DNA from: Blasia pusilla
Lineage: Eukaryota
DNA length: 64,000 nt
Direction: 5' to 3'
Assembly (NCBI GenBank): GCA_050084515.1
Contig: CM114271.1
Location: forward strand, 4,278,001-4,342,000
The notes beneath the pieces were generated by a model. It saw only the letters and a program-made list of their open reading frames with translations. It made no database searches and was not told the DNA's origin. Each line of letters starts with the position of its first letter. Position 1 is the first letter of the stretch. This document shows, piece after piece, positions 25,140 to 38,099 of the stretch. The position numbers and the translations under genes were made by a program.

Positions 25140-28100
25140 CTATGTACATCTGGGACACATCCATCGTCCCCGAGGAACCCTAGTGAGAGGTGGCGTCAGA
25201 CATGCCATATGTCAACCTCTCGAACAACCATCACAGACTAGCATTGTGGCCGCACCACGGGCAGAACCACACAACATACAACGCAAGCCTGCAGGAATTA
25301 CTGCTAAGCTCGGATCCACTATACTATCAATGTTAGGAAGGTGACATGGTCCTTCCATACCATACCATCGCGTCCCTCCAACAAGAGAACACCGGATGGC
25401 AAAACGTCACACACTCTCAGGATAGTGCGCCCTGCAGTCACATCCAACGTCATCGTTGCCGTCTGCTGCAAGTAGACATAATCTCCCTGATGAAACCTCC
25501 AGATAGTTGGTCGATAACCACCACCCCGAATAGTCGCATACCTCAATGTATCTCGATGTTGCGCAATCGCCAAGTTCTCGAACGCCATGGGCATCATTCT
25601 CTGAAATAACTCAGCCCTCTGAGAACATGCTCGCACCCATACATCTGGGTCATCAAGGTCCAACACCTCACCCGCATCTCGACGAATGGCCGCATGTAAA
25701 TCTGGCTCTCGGCCATAAAGTAGCAAGTACGGTGAAAAAGACGCTAAGGATGCCTGCTTGCTGAATCTGTATCCCATCGCCAACCATGGCAACTGGAGGT
25801 CCCAATCTCCTAGGTGACCTCTCTGCAAGCCATACTTGTGTAAACCCCTCTTCACCGTCTGCACAACTCTCTCCGCTAATCCATCCGCCTCGGGATGATC
25901 TCACAAAGTCATGCAGTGGTCGATAAGCACTTGATCACACAAGGCTTGGAACTCACCTCGAAACTCGGTACCCTGGTCTGTCAACACCTCAGCCGGTGCG
26001 CCATAATGACTCAGCACTCTGTCAAGGAAGGCATAAGCTACTCCCTCACTCGCTTTGTCAGGCAATGCAACCAACTCGATCCACTTTGAGAAGTGCTCGA
26101 CCATCACCAACACATAACGACTGTGACGCTTTGTCAAAGGCAAAGGTCCTCCAAAATCCAAACTCCATCTATACCCTAAGCCCATGATCGGTAATGGATG
26201 CAACTGTGGAGTCGGAGCATTGAACGATGCTCGGACCCAATCACACACCATGCACCTGGCAACAAACTGCTGAACGTCAGTCTGCATGCCTCGCCACCAA
26301 TCGAATCTGGAGCAAGTCGACGTCCGCTTCACCCCAAAGTGACCCAACTCCTCGTGGGCATGCTGCACTAGTCGTGCTCTCTGCGAAGGATGCGGCACTA
26401 TGAGTACTCTGCCATCCTCCCAAACCCTCAAAACATGTCTCCCCTCCCAACGGAACCGTATGGCCCGCTGTAGGATCCGATCTCGCTCTCTAGCACCCAT
26501 AGTGCTCGCAACGCTGCCCGTACAAAGGTACTCCAAGACTACTCCATCATCATGAATATCTCGGCCACCTGTCGTCTCCTCACTGGCCTCGGGATCCAAG
26601 GACTCTCCATTAGACCTCACCATCGAAGTCTCCACACTCTGGCTCTCCATAGCAAACATGCCTAAATAGGCTGACGCGTGCCATCCTGGCACCGACTCCT
26701 CATCACTCTCTCCATGCCATCGAGCTCCAGTCGCATCTCGCTGACTCGGGCATGGGTTACGACTCAACCCATCTGCATCTTGGTTGAGCCTCCCAAGTTT
26801 ATGTACCACCTGAAAATCATACTCCTGCAACAACAGAGCCCATCTCGCAAGCTTCCCTATAAGCTTGTCGGACTCCATCAACCACTTCAGTGGTTGATGA
26901 TCAGTGATGATAGTAAAGGGGTTGCCGAATAAGTAACACCTGAAATGCGCGACAGCCCACACCGCAACCAAGCACTCACCCTCATATGAGCTGTACTTTG
27001 CCTATGCAGCGTTGTTCGAGCGGCTAGCGTAAGCCACCATGAACTCTCTACCCTCATCATCATGTTGGGTGAGCACCGCTCCAAGCCCCAACATGCTCCA
27101 ATTGTGTGCAACTGGAAAGGACGCCCCCTGATCGGTCTCCTCAAGATGGGCGCAGACATCAACCTGTCCTTGAGCAACTGAAATGCTTGCTCCTGCTCAT
27201 CCCCCCAGTGCCACTCGTGATCCACCTTGGTCAGAAAGGTCAGTGGCTTCGCAATCGAACTAAATCCCTTGATGTATCGCCGATAGAAGTTTGTCAATCC
27301 CATGAATGCGCGAACCCGGCTCACATCTGTAGGGCGTGGAATGCGTGAGATAGCGTCTACCTTCGTTTGCTGAACACCAAGGCCCCCTAGGTATATCGTA
27401 TGACCCAAGTACTCAATCTGGTCGTAGAAGAACTTGCACTTGCCTGGATGTAGCTTCAACCCATGTAATTGCAATCATGGAAACACCTCCTCTAGATGTC
27501 GCTCATGCTCCTCAACCGTGGCGCTAAAGACTACGATATCATCAATATAACACCTAGCAAAATCTAGACCAGCGAAGATCCTATCCATCACCCTCTGAAA
27601 CTCAGCCGTGGTGTTCTTTAACCCAAATAGAAAGAACCGCGACTGGTACAAACAATCCTTCCCGTGAGGATCGATGCCCCAAAATGTCGTCTTCACTTTG
27701 TCCTCCAATCGATAGGCGGTGATGGTATCGGCTCATAAATCCAATGAATCAAGACCTTTGCGTGACCAATCGCATCAAAGATCTCCTCAGGGGTGGGCAT
27801 GGCATACCTATTGGACTTCGTGTGTCGATTGATAGGTCGGTAATCCCCACACATCCGCCTATCCGTCCAGTTGCCATGCACATCCTTCTTGGCGGGCATG
27901 ACAGTGGAAGATGCAAACTCCCCATGCGACATCTCGACTAGTCCTGCTCTGACCAAGTCCTACCTCCTACTCTAAATCAGAGCCCTCTCCATATCACTGT
28001 ACCTGTAGGGTCGTCGGAAGATCGGCGTATCACTTGACAACTCAATGCGGATCCCCAGTCCCTTCAGCGTACCCAAATCCTCCATGCTAAACCCAAAGCA

Positions 28101-28190
28101 ACTCCTATAACTCCTGAGGAACTGATGTATTCGGCGCCGCTCTCCTCTTGTCAACTTAGGGCCCATATCTGGCTCCCAAGTCTCCATCCT
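25140..28190 (-). pseudogene. Element 1 RT-RNase H-integrase-PHD, frameshifted
   Basis: RRMCGDYRP, YIDD, TDHQPLKWL, HEELGH..CMVC, WSLDF..VLTDQG. C-terminal CMLC..CDGC..H..C..W.CPRC at ~25140-25283. Confidence 0.92.
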
Positions 28191-28233
28191 AACTACGGTA
28201 GGACTCTCCCGCGCGCGTATCGGTGGTTGCTAT

Positions 28234-29263
28234 TGTCGCGACCCTCATAACCAAACAACACCAAATAGGCGCCAAGCGAAACATAAGAACTCCAAGGAAC
28301 TCACGTTGCGAGGTTTGCGCTTTGGAGAGGCGTTTGGAAGAGTCTCTTGGAAAAGTCTAAGAGACGAAACGCGGAACAGAGTTGTGCATTTCATGCATTA
28401 GTGGTCGCGACCAGGAAACCTAGACCATACGCAGCCGAGACTTGAGGTGAGTTGAGTCTTGGGAGGTTGGTTGCCAAAGAGGCGAGAACCAGTTTGGAAC
28501 ACGACTAGCGTTTGAGAGAATCTGACTGTGTTTAGGACCATAACGTTGATCTCCAAGATGCGTTTGAGACAAATAAGGGCGCGTTGGAAAGCTGATCTTG
28601 AGACGCTTCCAACGCACCAAAGATCTTAGAAAACGCATAAGTACAGGCTGAGATATTGGCCGAAAACAATTGAGAGACCAATCGGGTTGAGGGCCAATTG
28701 GAGAGGCCCGGGTGTCTTTCCCTAAATGTAGGGGGCCCCCGGAGATCCCCAGAAGTACTAGTAAGGAAGGACCTTCTCCGAGATGTCTCGGGAAACGAAA
28801 CCCCACTTTGGGCGCCAAACGGCGTTTCAGAGGCACGGGATGGAACAGGAGTTTGGCGCGGAAACCCGAAAACCAAACCTGATCCAAGGGAGTGGACTTT
28901 GTATGCCACACTTGGATTCCAACCCGAGATTCACTTCGTGCGAGTCTTGGTGAGGAACTCATTGGATGTTCATCGGACAGTTGGAACCGCTAGGCGCGAA
29001 ACGCCGTTTCAGGTTCCTGAACCGACCAGAAAGTCTGTCCCAAGTCTTTTGAGATTTGCCCGTGTTGGAAACCGCAAAACTAGGAAGGTTGAGCTTGAAG
29101 AGAGTCCGAGACGAGAACTCGGAAAGTAATCCCGCTGATTGATCCAAGACCCGACTAACCGAAGTGCGTGTTTGGATGCAGATCAACGTTGAGAGCCTGA
29201 CCTACTGAACGCACGCTTCCGCAACAAACAAGATTAACGTTCAAGGAGAGTAGGCGCACGACA
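28234..29263. mobile_element. Nested ~1030-bp solo LTR inside element 1
   Basis: TGTCGCG...GCGCACGACA with 5-bp TSD GCTAT; absent from the equivalent linker of element 2. Confidence 0.85.
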
Positions 29264-29519
29264 GCTATGGTGCAACCCCGTCTCGAACAACAACACTCGG
29301 CCGCTCTCCTGCAGCCAACTGCAAACTCTGCTCTCCTCCACGTGCAGTGCCTGAAACCACGCTCGATGTTGTGGCTATCATCTCCTTGCGTACCTGCAAA
29401 ACATCCCAAGAAGTCTAAGGGTGTCTCTCCGGATCTCCTCGGGTCTCGCCCCCACCCACTGCCTCCACTGTCTCGGTAGGCATGGGGCTCACCAACGCAA
29501 CCGCTGTGATCTGTCGCGA

Positions 29520-30490
29520 TCTCATACGACGCTGCTCAGCCACTCCCAAGCTGAGGATCCATGTCAAGCAATTCAGGTCCATCGCCTGACCCAAGATATG
29601 GCATCGTGATGCCTCTTATATTGACGGTACTGGCGTCACCCCTGTGGGAAATCCCATCGCTTGCTCTCTCTCGTCGGCGTTGGGCTCAACTAACCGCTGA
29701 ACATGGTCATCCCAAACCAAGCCAGGACCGGCCTCCTTGTATGCATAGGAAGCGGGAAAACTCATGAACGTGGGCAAGGCTGACCGCCGCCTGCCTACCC
29801 TGTTGACCACAGTCAATGTTGGTCGATCATCGTGCCTCACGCTGTGATCGACGACTTGGATCCAGAATGGAATCCACTAAAAAATGGGAGGGGCGCTCCA
29901 CTCTCGCATACGCCCTTCGTAATACCGCATGGGGCACCAAGTTGGTCCACCATAGACGCGGGCGATGGGCTCTAGAACCTACACTCGCCGCATCCAAGAA
30001 CACTGTTGGGCCGATCCACGCACGCACTTGATGAGCACTCGTCACCACCCATGACCGGGAGTCTCCTAAGATCGGCACATTCTCCAGAATGTAGGATGGA
30101 GAATGAGACTGGTGCTCCTGTAACTACCGTAAGACCCTCAACATCTCCCAAAACAACCTGGACCGAGTGTCAACCAACCCGCTGCCTCGTCCAGCACTTG
30201 ATTGGCCGTGACATGGCCAACCGGCAATGACCAAATCAATGGTCCCTACCCGCTCTAACTCTTGCGCCCCCAACAACGAAATATCCCTCGGTAGGGAACT
30301 CTGATACCCCTGTATTGCGGAGGCAGACAATAAGTCGAGAAAACGTAGGCGTAACTACGCCACATGTCGTAGTGAGACACGCCTCGCAACATCATCACTC
30401 TCCACATACAGGTGCCGTTGTACTCGCACTCCTGCCTGCAATACAACAGCTAACCCGGTGCTAATCCTTCCAAAGAGATCTAACACTCAA
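29520..30490 (-). pseudogene. Element 1 DNMT3-like C5 cytosine methyltransferase domain
   Basis: Motifs VLDLFGRISTG (I), IDLVIAGWPCHGQS (IV), ILENV (VI), AHRPRLWWTN (VIII), EREQAMGFP (IX). Confidence 0.88.
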
Positions 30491-30839
30491 ATATCCTCCT
30501 CCGGGGTACACCACACAATGGGTGTGGTATCCAAGGGTGTCATCGTAGCACTCCCTGCTACCTCGGGTTCCTCAGACCCATCACGCTTCGGTGCAAACGC
30601 TTCGCTCCACGCGGTCTGCACGTGCTCATTTGCCAATCGTCGAAGCTCCTCAGTCGAGCCCCACATCGGCACCTCTCCTCCACGGAATGATGCACCTACC
30701 ATAACACTCCTCTCCATAGAAATGTCAGGAACGGGAGTATCCTCTGCATGGACATGTCCCTCAATCAAATCACTAGGCCAAGTGATGGCACTGCTAAATG
30801 CTGCTAAGATCGCCATCTCTCCTGGCCGTTGCTCGATCA

Positions 30840-33350
30840 CTGCACATGTGAATCGAACGGGTAATGAGCTAAGGCGCCCATCACCTCATTGCCATCCTGG
30901 TCTATAGGACGCTGACTCCTCCCAGTAATCCAGGGAAAACCCCATCGGGTATAACACTGCTCCACCAACCAAGGCGATAGTGACTCTGCATGAGTCACTA
31001 TCGCCTTGGCGCGCACCACGGACTCATCTGTAGGATGTCCCGGGTGAATCCTCACCACAACCTCTTGTCGGGTGATATACTGTGTGGTACTCGCTCCACC
31101 CAAGGATGTCTATATCCGGAATGGACAACGCTCCACATCGGCTCTCGTCAAGCCCAATCCTCTGAATGACGCTTTCCCCAACATCAAGGGTTGCGCTCTT
31201 GAATCCAACAAGACGCGCTACGGACTAAAAGCTCTACCTCCTGGACTCACCAAGTGGAAGACCTCTCCTCGGTTATCCAGCAACACAACACCAGGAGAAG
31301 CCATGGCACGCTCTATTGCGGGTCGAGCAGGCATCTCCGCCATTCTAGCAGCCCCAGCCTGCCATGAATCTGACGTGGACGGTCCGAGCATCCGCTCCAA
31401 GGGCAGGTCCATCACCTCCTCTACAATCACCTCTGAATGTGTTGTAGGAACTCCAACTCCACGCTCACATAGCGACGCGGCCAGCCAAAAAGCCTCAGCG
31501 GGCGTACCCCCCAACGTCATAACATCGGAAGCAGAAAACAAAGGAGTGCGGAACACAACGGTGGTCGCCCCCAACAATGTGCTTGACACATGCCCCTCCT
31601 AAGCATCAACAATATGAGTCATCGCACTCGCTTCTCCCATCGCCCTCCATGCCTGCACACCAGCATCACCAACTCTTAAGGAACTTTGATGAGGACCCAT
31701 CGATGGGGTCCTCATCGCTTCGGACAACGTGAAATACTGAGGAAGCCTAGTCTGTTTTCTGGCTTCCCCTCGTTGTGGATCCAACTTTGCGGTTGCTCCA
31801 CATGTCACAACTGCGGCGGACTCCATCTAGGCAAATCCGCACATCCAAACAGGATCCTCCAGATCTCTAGCTGCTCCATATGATGTCGATGCCACGGATC
31901 TGGCATCGGGTAACCTCAATGCCATAGCGGCAATCTGCTCCTATAGCTATTGTATCTGAGCAGCCATCCCAGCCTCACATCCGGCATCTCCCTCGGCGCG
32001 TCTAGGTGGTGGTACTCTACCTCCTCCATGGGCAGCTCCACCACCCTGTCGGGCAACTCCAGCTCCTCGTCCCCCAACGGGACCACCTGGTGCACAATCT
32101 CTAGTCCCACCCGGACCGGCTACTCGCTCTGGTGCCCTCTCTGGCCCTCGGTCCGAACGTAACTCATGATGTAAACTGAAACACCTGGCGTGTGTATGAC
32201 CATACCTCTGACAATAGTCACACTGATAACCTCCTGGTGCAGCACCATCTCCTCCTCCATGCTGAGGCATACGTCCATGACCCTGACGAGTGCAATGGCG
32301 CTGATGATGGGCTCCACCACATGACCAACAAGTAATAGTAGGCGGTTTCTGTTGAGTCGCATATGAAGGCGCAGGTCTCTGTGCCACGGGCTCCGAGTAT
32401 CCTACCTGAGCTCGTGGTGCCACAGTTGACCTATCTCAGAGTCCACGTTGCTGCATAGGTGGTGCAGCCAATCGCGACTGCTCTCGCCCAGAACCCATGG
32501 TGGCTACGCTCTCCTCCGCCATGTTGCGCTCAATATTCTCGGTGGTCCTAAAAACATCTCTCAACGTAGGTGAGGTGTTCATAAGAAGCACCCCCTCCCG
32601 CACCCATGGCCGCAGGGTCTGGTCCAGCATCACATACCATGACTGGATAGCCTGAGCCTCTGTCACTCCCTGAGTGACGTTGATCAACCGGCGCAAGCGA
32701 GTGTAAGCCTCACGTAAACTCTCATCCAGGCGCCTCTGGAAGTTGTGGATGCTCCGCAACTTTTCCGTCCATACCCCTTGGTAGCTCGCCCTCAACTCAC
32801 CAAAGAACTCAACCACGGAGTTGAACCTGGGACGAACCCGACTAGACGGTGCAACTACTCCAGTGCGAGTGACCCCTCCTAAAACATCACTAGTGGAAGA
32901 GGAAGTAGCCTCTCCTGACTCCTCCTCCTCGTGTGGGAATGGCTCCGTCCATGATTCATAGTGTGGGTCGTAGTAGAGTCGCCATGCCTCAATCTCCTGG
33001 GCATATCTGTGGGAAAACTGATGGTAATCGTCCATGGGTGCCCCCTCTAAATGCTGGAACATATCGTTCCACGTTGTAAACGGGTTGAACTCTCTAGAGT
33101 TCGTGGCCCACTGGGAACTGCACCAACTCCTAAACTCTGCTATGAAATCGTGCAACTCAATCGTACCTACTGCACCTGAAAACCTACGCAATCCTCTACC
33201 CCGGTCGTCCATCTCGTACGCCCAATTGGTAGGACCACTCAGAATATGTGGCGATGAGCTCACAAATTCCTCCACACCCTCCCCCTTGTCTAACGATGAC
33301 ACAGAAGGAGGTCGAGGTGGTCCTTGAAGTGAAGACCCTCGGAACCTCAC
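30840..33350 (-). pseudogene. Element 1 gag with two CCHC zinc knuckles, and aspartic protease
   Basis: Gag-like QRRLDESLREAYTRL; CWSCGGAHHQRHC and CDYCQRYGHTHARC; VLLDSRAQPLMLG near 31180-31215. Confidence 0.8.
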
Positions 33351-34324
33351 GCCACTCCGCGTAAAACCTCTAGAGCTACTCTCGAGTTCACCACCTCACC
33401 TCTCAAAGTCCCGAGCGGACGCCGTGATGACCCTCGTGCCTTTCTCACCCGATTACTCTTGCCTCGCGAGTAATCCCTCAATCACTCATGCCAAACATGC
33501 GGCACTCGATCTACACTCGCCCTCCCCGAGACATGTAACGTACGGCAATAAGCGGCGTGGTGCGGAAAATCGACCAGGCTATCATCTCATCCACAACCTA
33601 CCCTCAACTCCGGACATCCCACACAGGTCTATGTCCCCTAAATCACATACATAAATGTTGCTCTCAGCATCCACACACCCAATATCCCCAAATAAAATAC
33701 CCAGATCCAAGAATCCCTCACACGTGCAGGGTAAGGGACCAGAATGGGTAACCTGAACACATGTCAATGTCGCTCCTCAGCAACTGCGAAACTGCGACCC
33801 CAACTCAGTCATGGAGACAACTCCTCCAATCAGCAAGTCATACTCCTCCCGTATTGACGTTGCTCAAAACTCCTCGATAGGCAGTGCGGTTCAGCGAACG
33901 GGGCGGTGTTGCAGCAAAGACGGAGGCGGCTCGAACGGCACCGCCCTCGATGATGGGATTCGGCACTCGGCGGCATACCCTCCTCAATCAACAATAAACC
34001 CACACTCTGCTCCACAATGCTGGAGCGGCTCCGCGATGAAGACGGTGCGGTGCGGCCACCAGTGGCACGGTGTGGCAATCGGCGGCGCGTTGCGGCTACG
34101 GGCGTCACGGCACGGTACCCAATCGTCGTTGAGCGGCTACCAATCACAACATAGCAGAAGGAAATCAAAACTCAAACACTATAACATGAGGTCATATGCC
34201 ATCACAGGTTGATGACGGTGGCGGCGAAAACAAAGTACGTGATGGCGACGCAAGTCCAAGAATCAACGAACGTAATGGAAGACCCTCCACTCCGTAACGG
34301 CGGCAATGGCAACCAAGGGTGGAC

Positions 34325-34515
34325 AACGGACGGTGGACCATTGACGGTGACGGTGACGGTTGACCGTTGATGATGACGCACGAACGGTGACGGTGACGGT
34401 TGATCGTTGACCATGACGGTTGATCGTTGACTGTGACGGTTGACCATCGACAGTGAAAGTTGGCCATTGACGGTTGAAGGTTGACGGTTGACGGTGACTA
34501 TGACGGCGACGGTCG
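34325..34515. repeat. Low-complexity GACGGT(TGA) tandem array in the element 1 leader
   Basis: Repeated gacggt/gacggttga units. Confidence 0.8.
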
Positions 34516-37500
34516 CCGCCGGTGTGGCGGCTGGTTTAGGGTTTGCATAATTTAACCCTAAAAATTGCCTAGCAATGGTAGTTTTTCAATATTGACCATA
34601 ACTTTTTGCTCGTAACTCCAAATTGAGCATTGTTTGTTGCACAGCGTGCACAGCTTCACGATCTACGCTAACATCAAAAAATAATTGGAATCGGACATTC
34701 CAGTAAAAATTGGAGGGGACTGTCGTAAAGCCCAATGTCTCTTTCTTCTACCCAACATTCGGCAGGGCTTCCGCGCTTATTCCTCCCAAAAAAAATGTAA
34801 AACCTATAAAAATGCAAATGAGCAAGCGACATGATGCTCCCAAAAGCACTGGCATGGGGCAACCCGCCCCCATACTCAATCCCTATCAGAAATTGGGCAG
34901 CGCTTTCGCGCGCCACTCTTCCACACGAAAAATCGACAAATGCAATGAACAATCCAAGCAACCCTTGCTCCGATGAGCACTCCCATGAGCCGTTGAACGG
35001 GGAACACGGTCCCCAACCTGCAAAAACAGCGAGTGACCAGCGAGCTTCCCCATGAAGCTCTCTCACTCTCTCATTCTCGCATTCTCTCTTTCTCTCATTA
35101 TCTCATTCTCTCTTTGTAAAATAAGATCCAATCTCTCTCTACATAATTTCACACCATAGCTCTCAAAGGTGTGCATTCTCTCTCATGTCAAACCAAACCC
35201 ACTCTCCAAATGAGAGGCTTGGGTTACACTCACAAGGCAAGGGACCATAGCTCCGCCGCCTCATGCCAAGAGGTTCAACAAAGAGAGAATGAGCTCTCAA
35301 GCTCTCTCTCTCCTTGGGATATATATCCCTCCCCTCTCCCAAGCTCTCTCCATGATAACCTATTCTCCCAAGTCACCTCTTTGGCTCTTGACCTGATGTA
35401 GGAGGTCAAGGGCCACTTACCAAAAATAGAAAGTTGATCATATACTCAAAATGGTACTTACCTAAAATATTAAGTTCCTCAATATGGCTCCAAATGAGCC
35501 AAAACGAAGGGGAAACCTGCTCTCTCACGTTTCTCGCGGCCTAAGCAGGTCATCCTCAACCTCCTAGGCCTATCCTCCACTATTCTTGAAGACGCTCTAC
35601 TAGATCTCACCGATCTATCCTAAAGGACGTGACAACTCAACCCTCATCCTCACCCGTTTGCTTATTTCGGTTCCTCCACTGAGGGACCGCCTCTTTGCGT
35701 GGATGGCTATATTAGACTATTTGGTGGATCCGTAATCTACCAATATTGTGACGCATGAGGGCAAGTGTTTCTGGCAAACAAAGAGTTCCATTCTCGCTCC
35801 CAGAGTTGTGCCTTACATACACCACCGTCCCTTGAATTTTGAGTAGTTTGACTTTCCTCCCCAAACGGATTGTCCAACACTTTTGTGAAAGTCATTCGCA
35901 CGATCTCAAGCTGGACTCTGGAGTTTTATAGAGGTGGTGCGTTCACTCCATCCCAAGCTTTCCTGTGGATTTGATGATTGTATTCCATTTCTTATGTTTG
36001 AGCTTATTGCACCCATCCCATTGTGGGCACTCTAAATGTTTCAATATCTAGTGTCTTGAATGTCATTTGGAAGCAGTTTATGGCACTGCACAACCTCTTC
36101 CATCTCTTACATATTCCCAAACGTCAGACTTAGGGTTGTATTGTAGTGCACATATCTTGGATTATTTGTTGGGAGTTTAGATCATAGCAAGTCTTTTTCA
36201 GCCAATATGACATGCTTCTAGCCAAGTCTATCCAAGTCTATCCAAGGGTCTTTTACCTTTCTTGCCTCACCCTTATCACTTTAAGTGGTTGCGCCCCTTC
36301 TCTCCTAAGGTTAGTCTCAAGGTGCATGCATATCTTTACTAACTTTAGTCTATGGCACGTTCCTTTCTAGTCTTGTGACTATCTGGTCTAGGTTGTGACT
36401 TTGGCACGTCGCATTTTAATCTTCACAATGGATTTCCCTTTCAACACCAAGTCGGATTCGCCTCCATCTCTACGATAGTTGCTTTGAGATGCTTTTACGC
36501 ATCGTCTTGGTTCTCAATCGACTATCAGTCTTCATTTGACAATAAGGGTATCTCAATAGATATTTCCCATGGAAGATCCAATTTGGAAGGGTAAGGTGCT
36601 TCTTTTGTTGTAATTTCTCCCAAATGTGAATAGATAATCACCTTCAATAGCGAGATTGTGTCTAATGTCATGAGATTCATGGAAAACACCCCTCTTTTGA
36701 AAAATCCACATGGTGAATACCATGTTAGTCTGCTAAAGATACTGGACTTAGAAAAGTTGGTTGCGGATGTTCAAAAAGGTTTGACTTCAAGCATTGTTGG
36801 TATTGGCCTTGATTAAGGAACATACCCTCCTTGTTCTCCATCCCTCTTTCTACAATTATCATGGAATCTCGAGACATTCCCATGGCATGGGTATTGGATT
36901 GACATATTACGTAAGGAAACGCTAGATCTTCTCTAAGACATGTCTTGAATTCCTACAAATGAAACATGAGTCATCTGGTTGGTATTGCCTCTCAAATGGT
37001 TGGTTATAAGGAGAAAGACCACCTAAAATTTCTCTCTGTGGATTGAGATAATCTGGCTCATGCATTGGCTCCAAACTTGCTAAAGGATAAGAAAACAATG
37101 GATTGTGGTTTGAACATGTGATTCAAGATATACCATGGGAGAAAATTCAATTTTCCAATCTCAAAAATCTGAAAATAATATGTATTAGACCTAATGGCAC
37201 AAAGTATATGCTTTGATGTCACATCTACTTTCAAAATGGTTGGTAAAGTTGCACTTGCAGCAGCAACAAACAACTCAAGTTGAACTTGTGTGTCTTGTAT
37301 TGACTTCTAAGTCTCAGATGGTAGCGCAAAAGCAACATAGTCAGTAGATCAGCCGTAGCAAGATGCAGGGAGAGACACTTATCGACGTTGGCTGGTTCTT
37401 TCTCTCTAGAGCAACATCTAGTTGTGAGTATGAGCACATCAAAATTATTTCCATCTCTACCTTGCGTTGATACATGCCATGATACCATTATCGTTTCAGT

Positions 37501-38099
37501 ATCACTGTTATGCCTTGAGGTTACGAAAATTATATGTAGGGACTACAAATGGTTTTCTTTGTTCTTTACGTCATTTATTACAAAGGTTAGGATGCAAATT
37601 TTAGACTTTTTGGATCAAGAATAGTTTGACACTTTGATTCTTAAAGGAGGAAGGGTCTTTTGAGCTAGATTAATTGCCTTTGTAGTGTCTATTCTCTTTG
37701 TTACTAATTTTTTGTTTGTGTAAGGTCCATTCCTTTCGTCAAGTGAGAGATCCAAGTCTAGAAAGAGTCTTCAATCTTGCAATCTTCACTTCTCTGTGGA
37801 GACTCACTCTAATCCATCAATGTAACAATACACATGAATCCTTTCACATGAATCACCCCTACACTTTGCATTCAATTGACGTATATGATTAGCATAGGAG
37901 CTTGTTGACTCAAATTTAGACTCAAATTTAGTTCGCTTGAAAGTATGTAGAGTATTGTGATTACACTCAACTTTTTGTGCACGTATACTCCTGAGAACAA
38001 GAAATATGGTGAAAATGATGTTGGGGATACATGATTACTAAAATGGTAACCGATAACTCAACACACTAATTGTAGTTCCCTTTGAGTTTTCCAATGGCA

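Larger units (their letters stand above)
24176..35634 (-). mobile_element. Element 1: Ty3/Gypsy-like retroelement with DNMT and PHD domains and split direct repeats
   Basis: TG...CA ends with ACTC on both flanks; empty paralogous site at ~44850. A=24176-24303 and 24826-24953; B=24304-24823 and ~35117-35634. Confidence 0.92.

Noticed and set aside
24176-35634. DIRS/Ngaro tyrosine-recombinase element, suggested by the split repeats and a methyltransferase
   Set aside because: It has an aspartic protease, a DDE integrase and a TSD. No recombinase motif was seen, and the methyltransferase is C5-type rather than the DAM-like domain of DIRS1.
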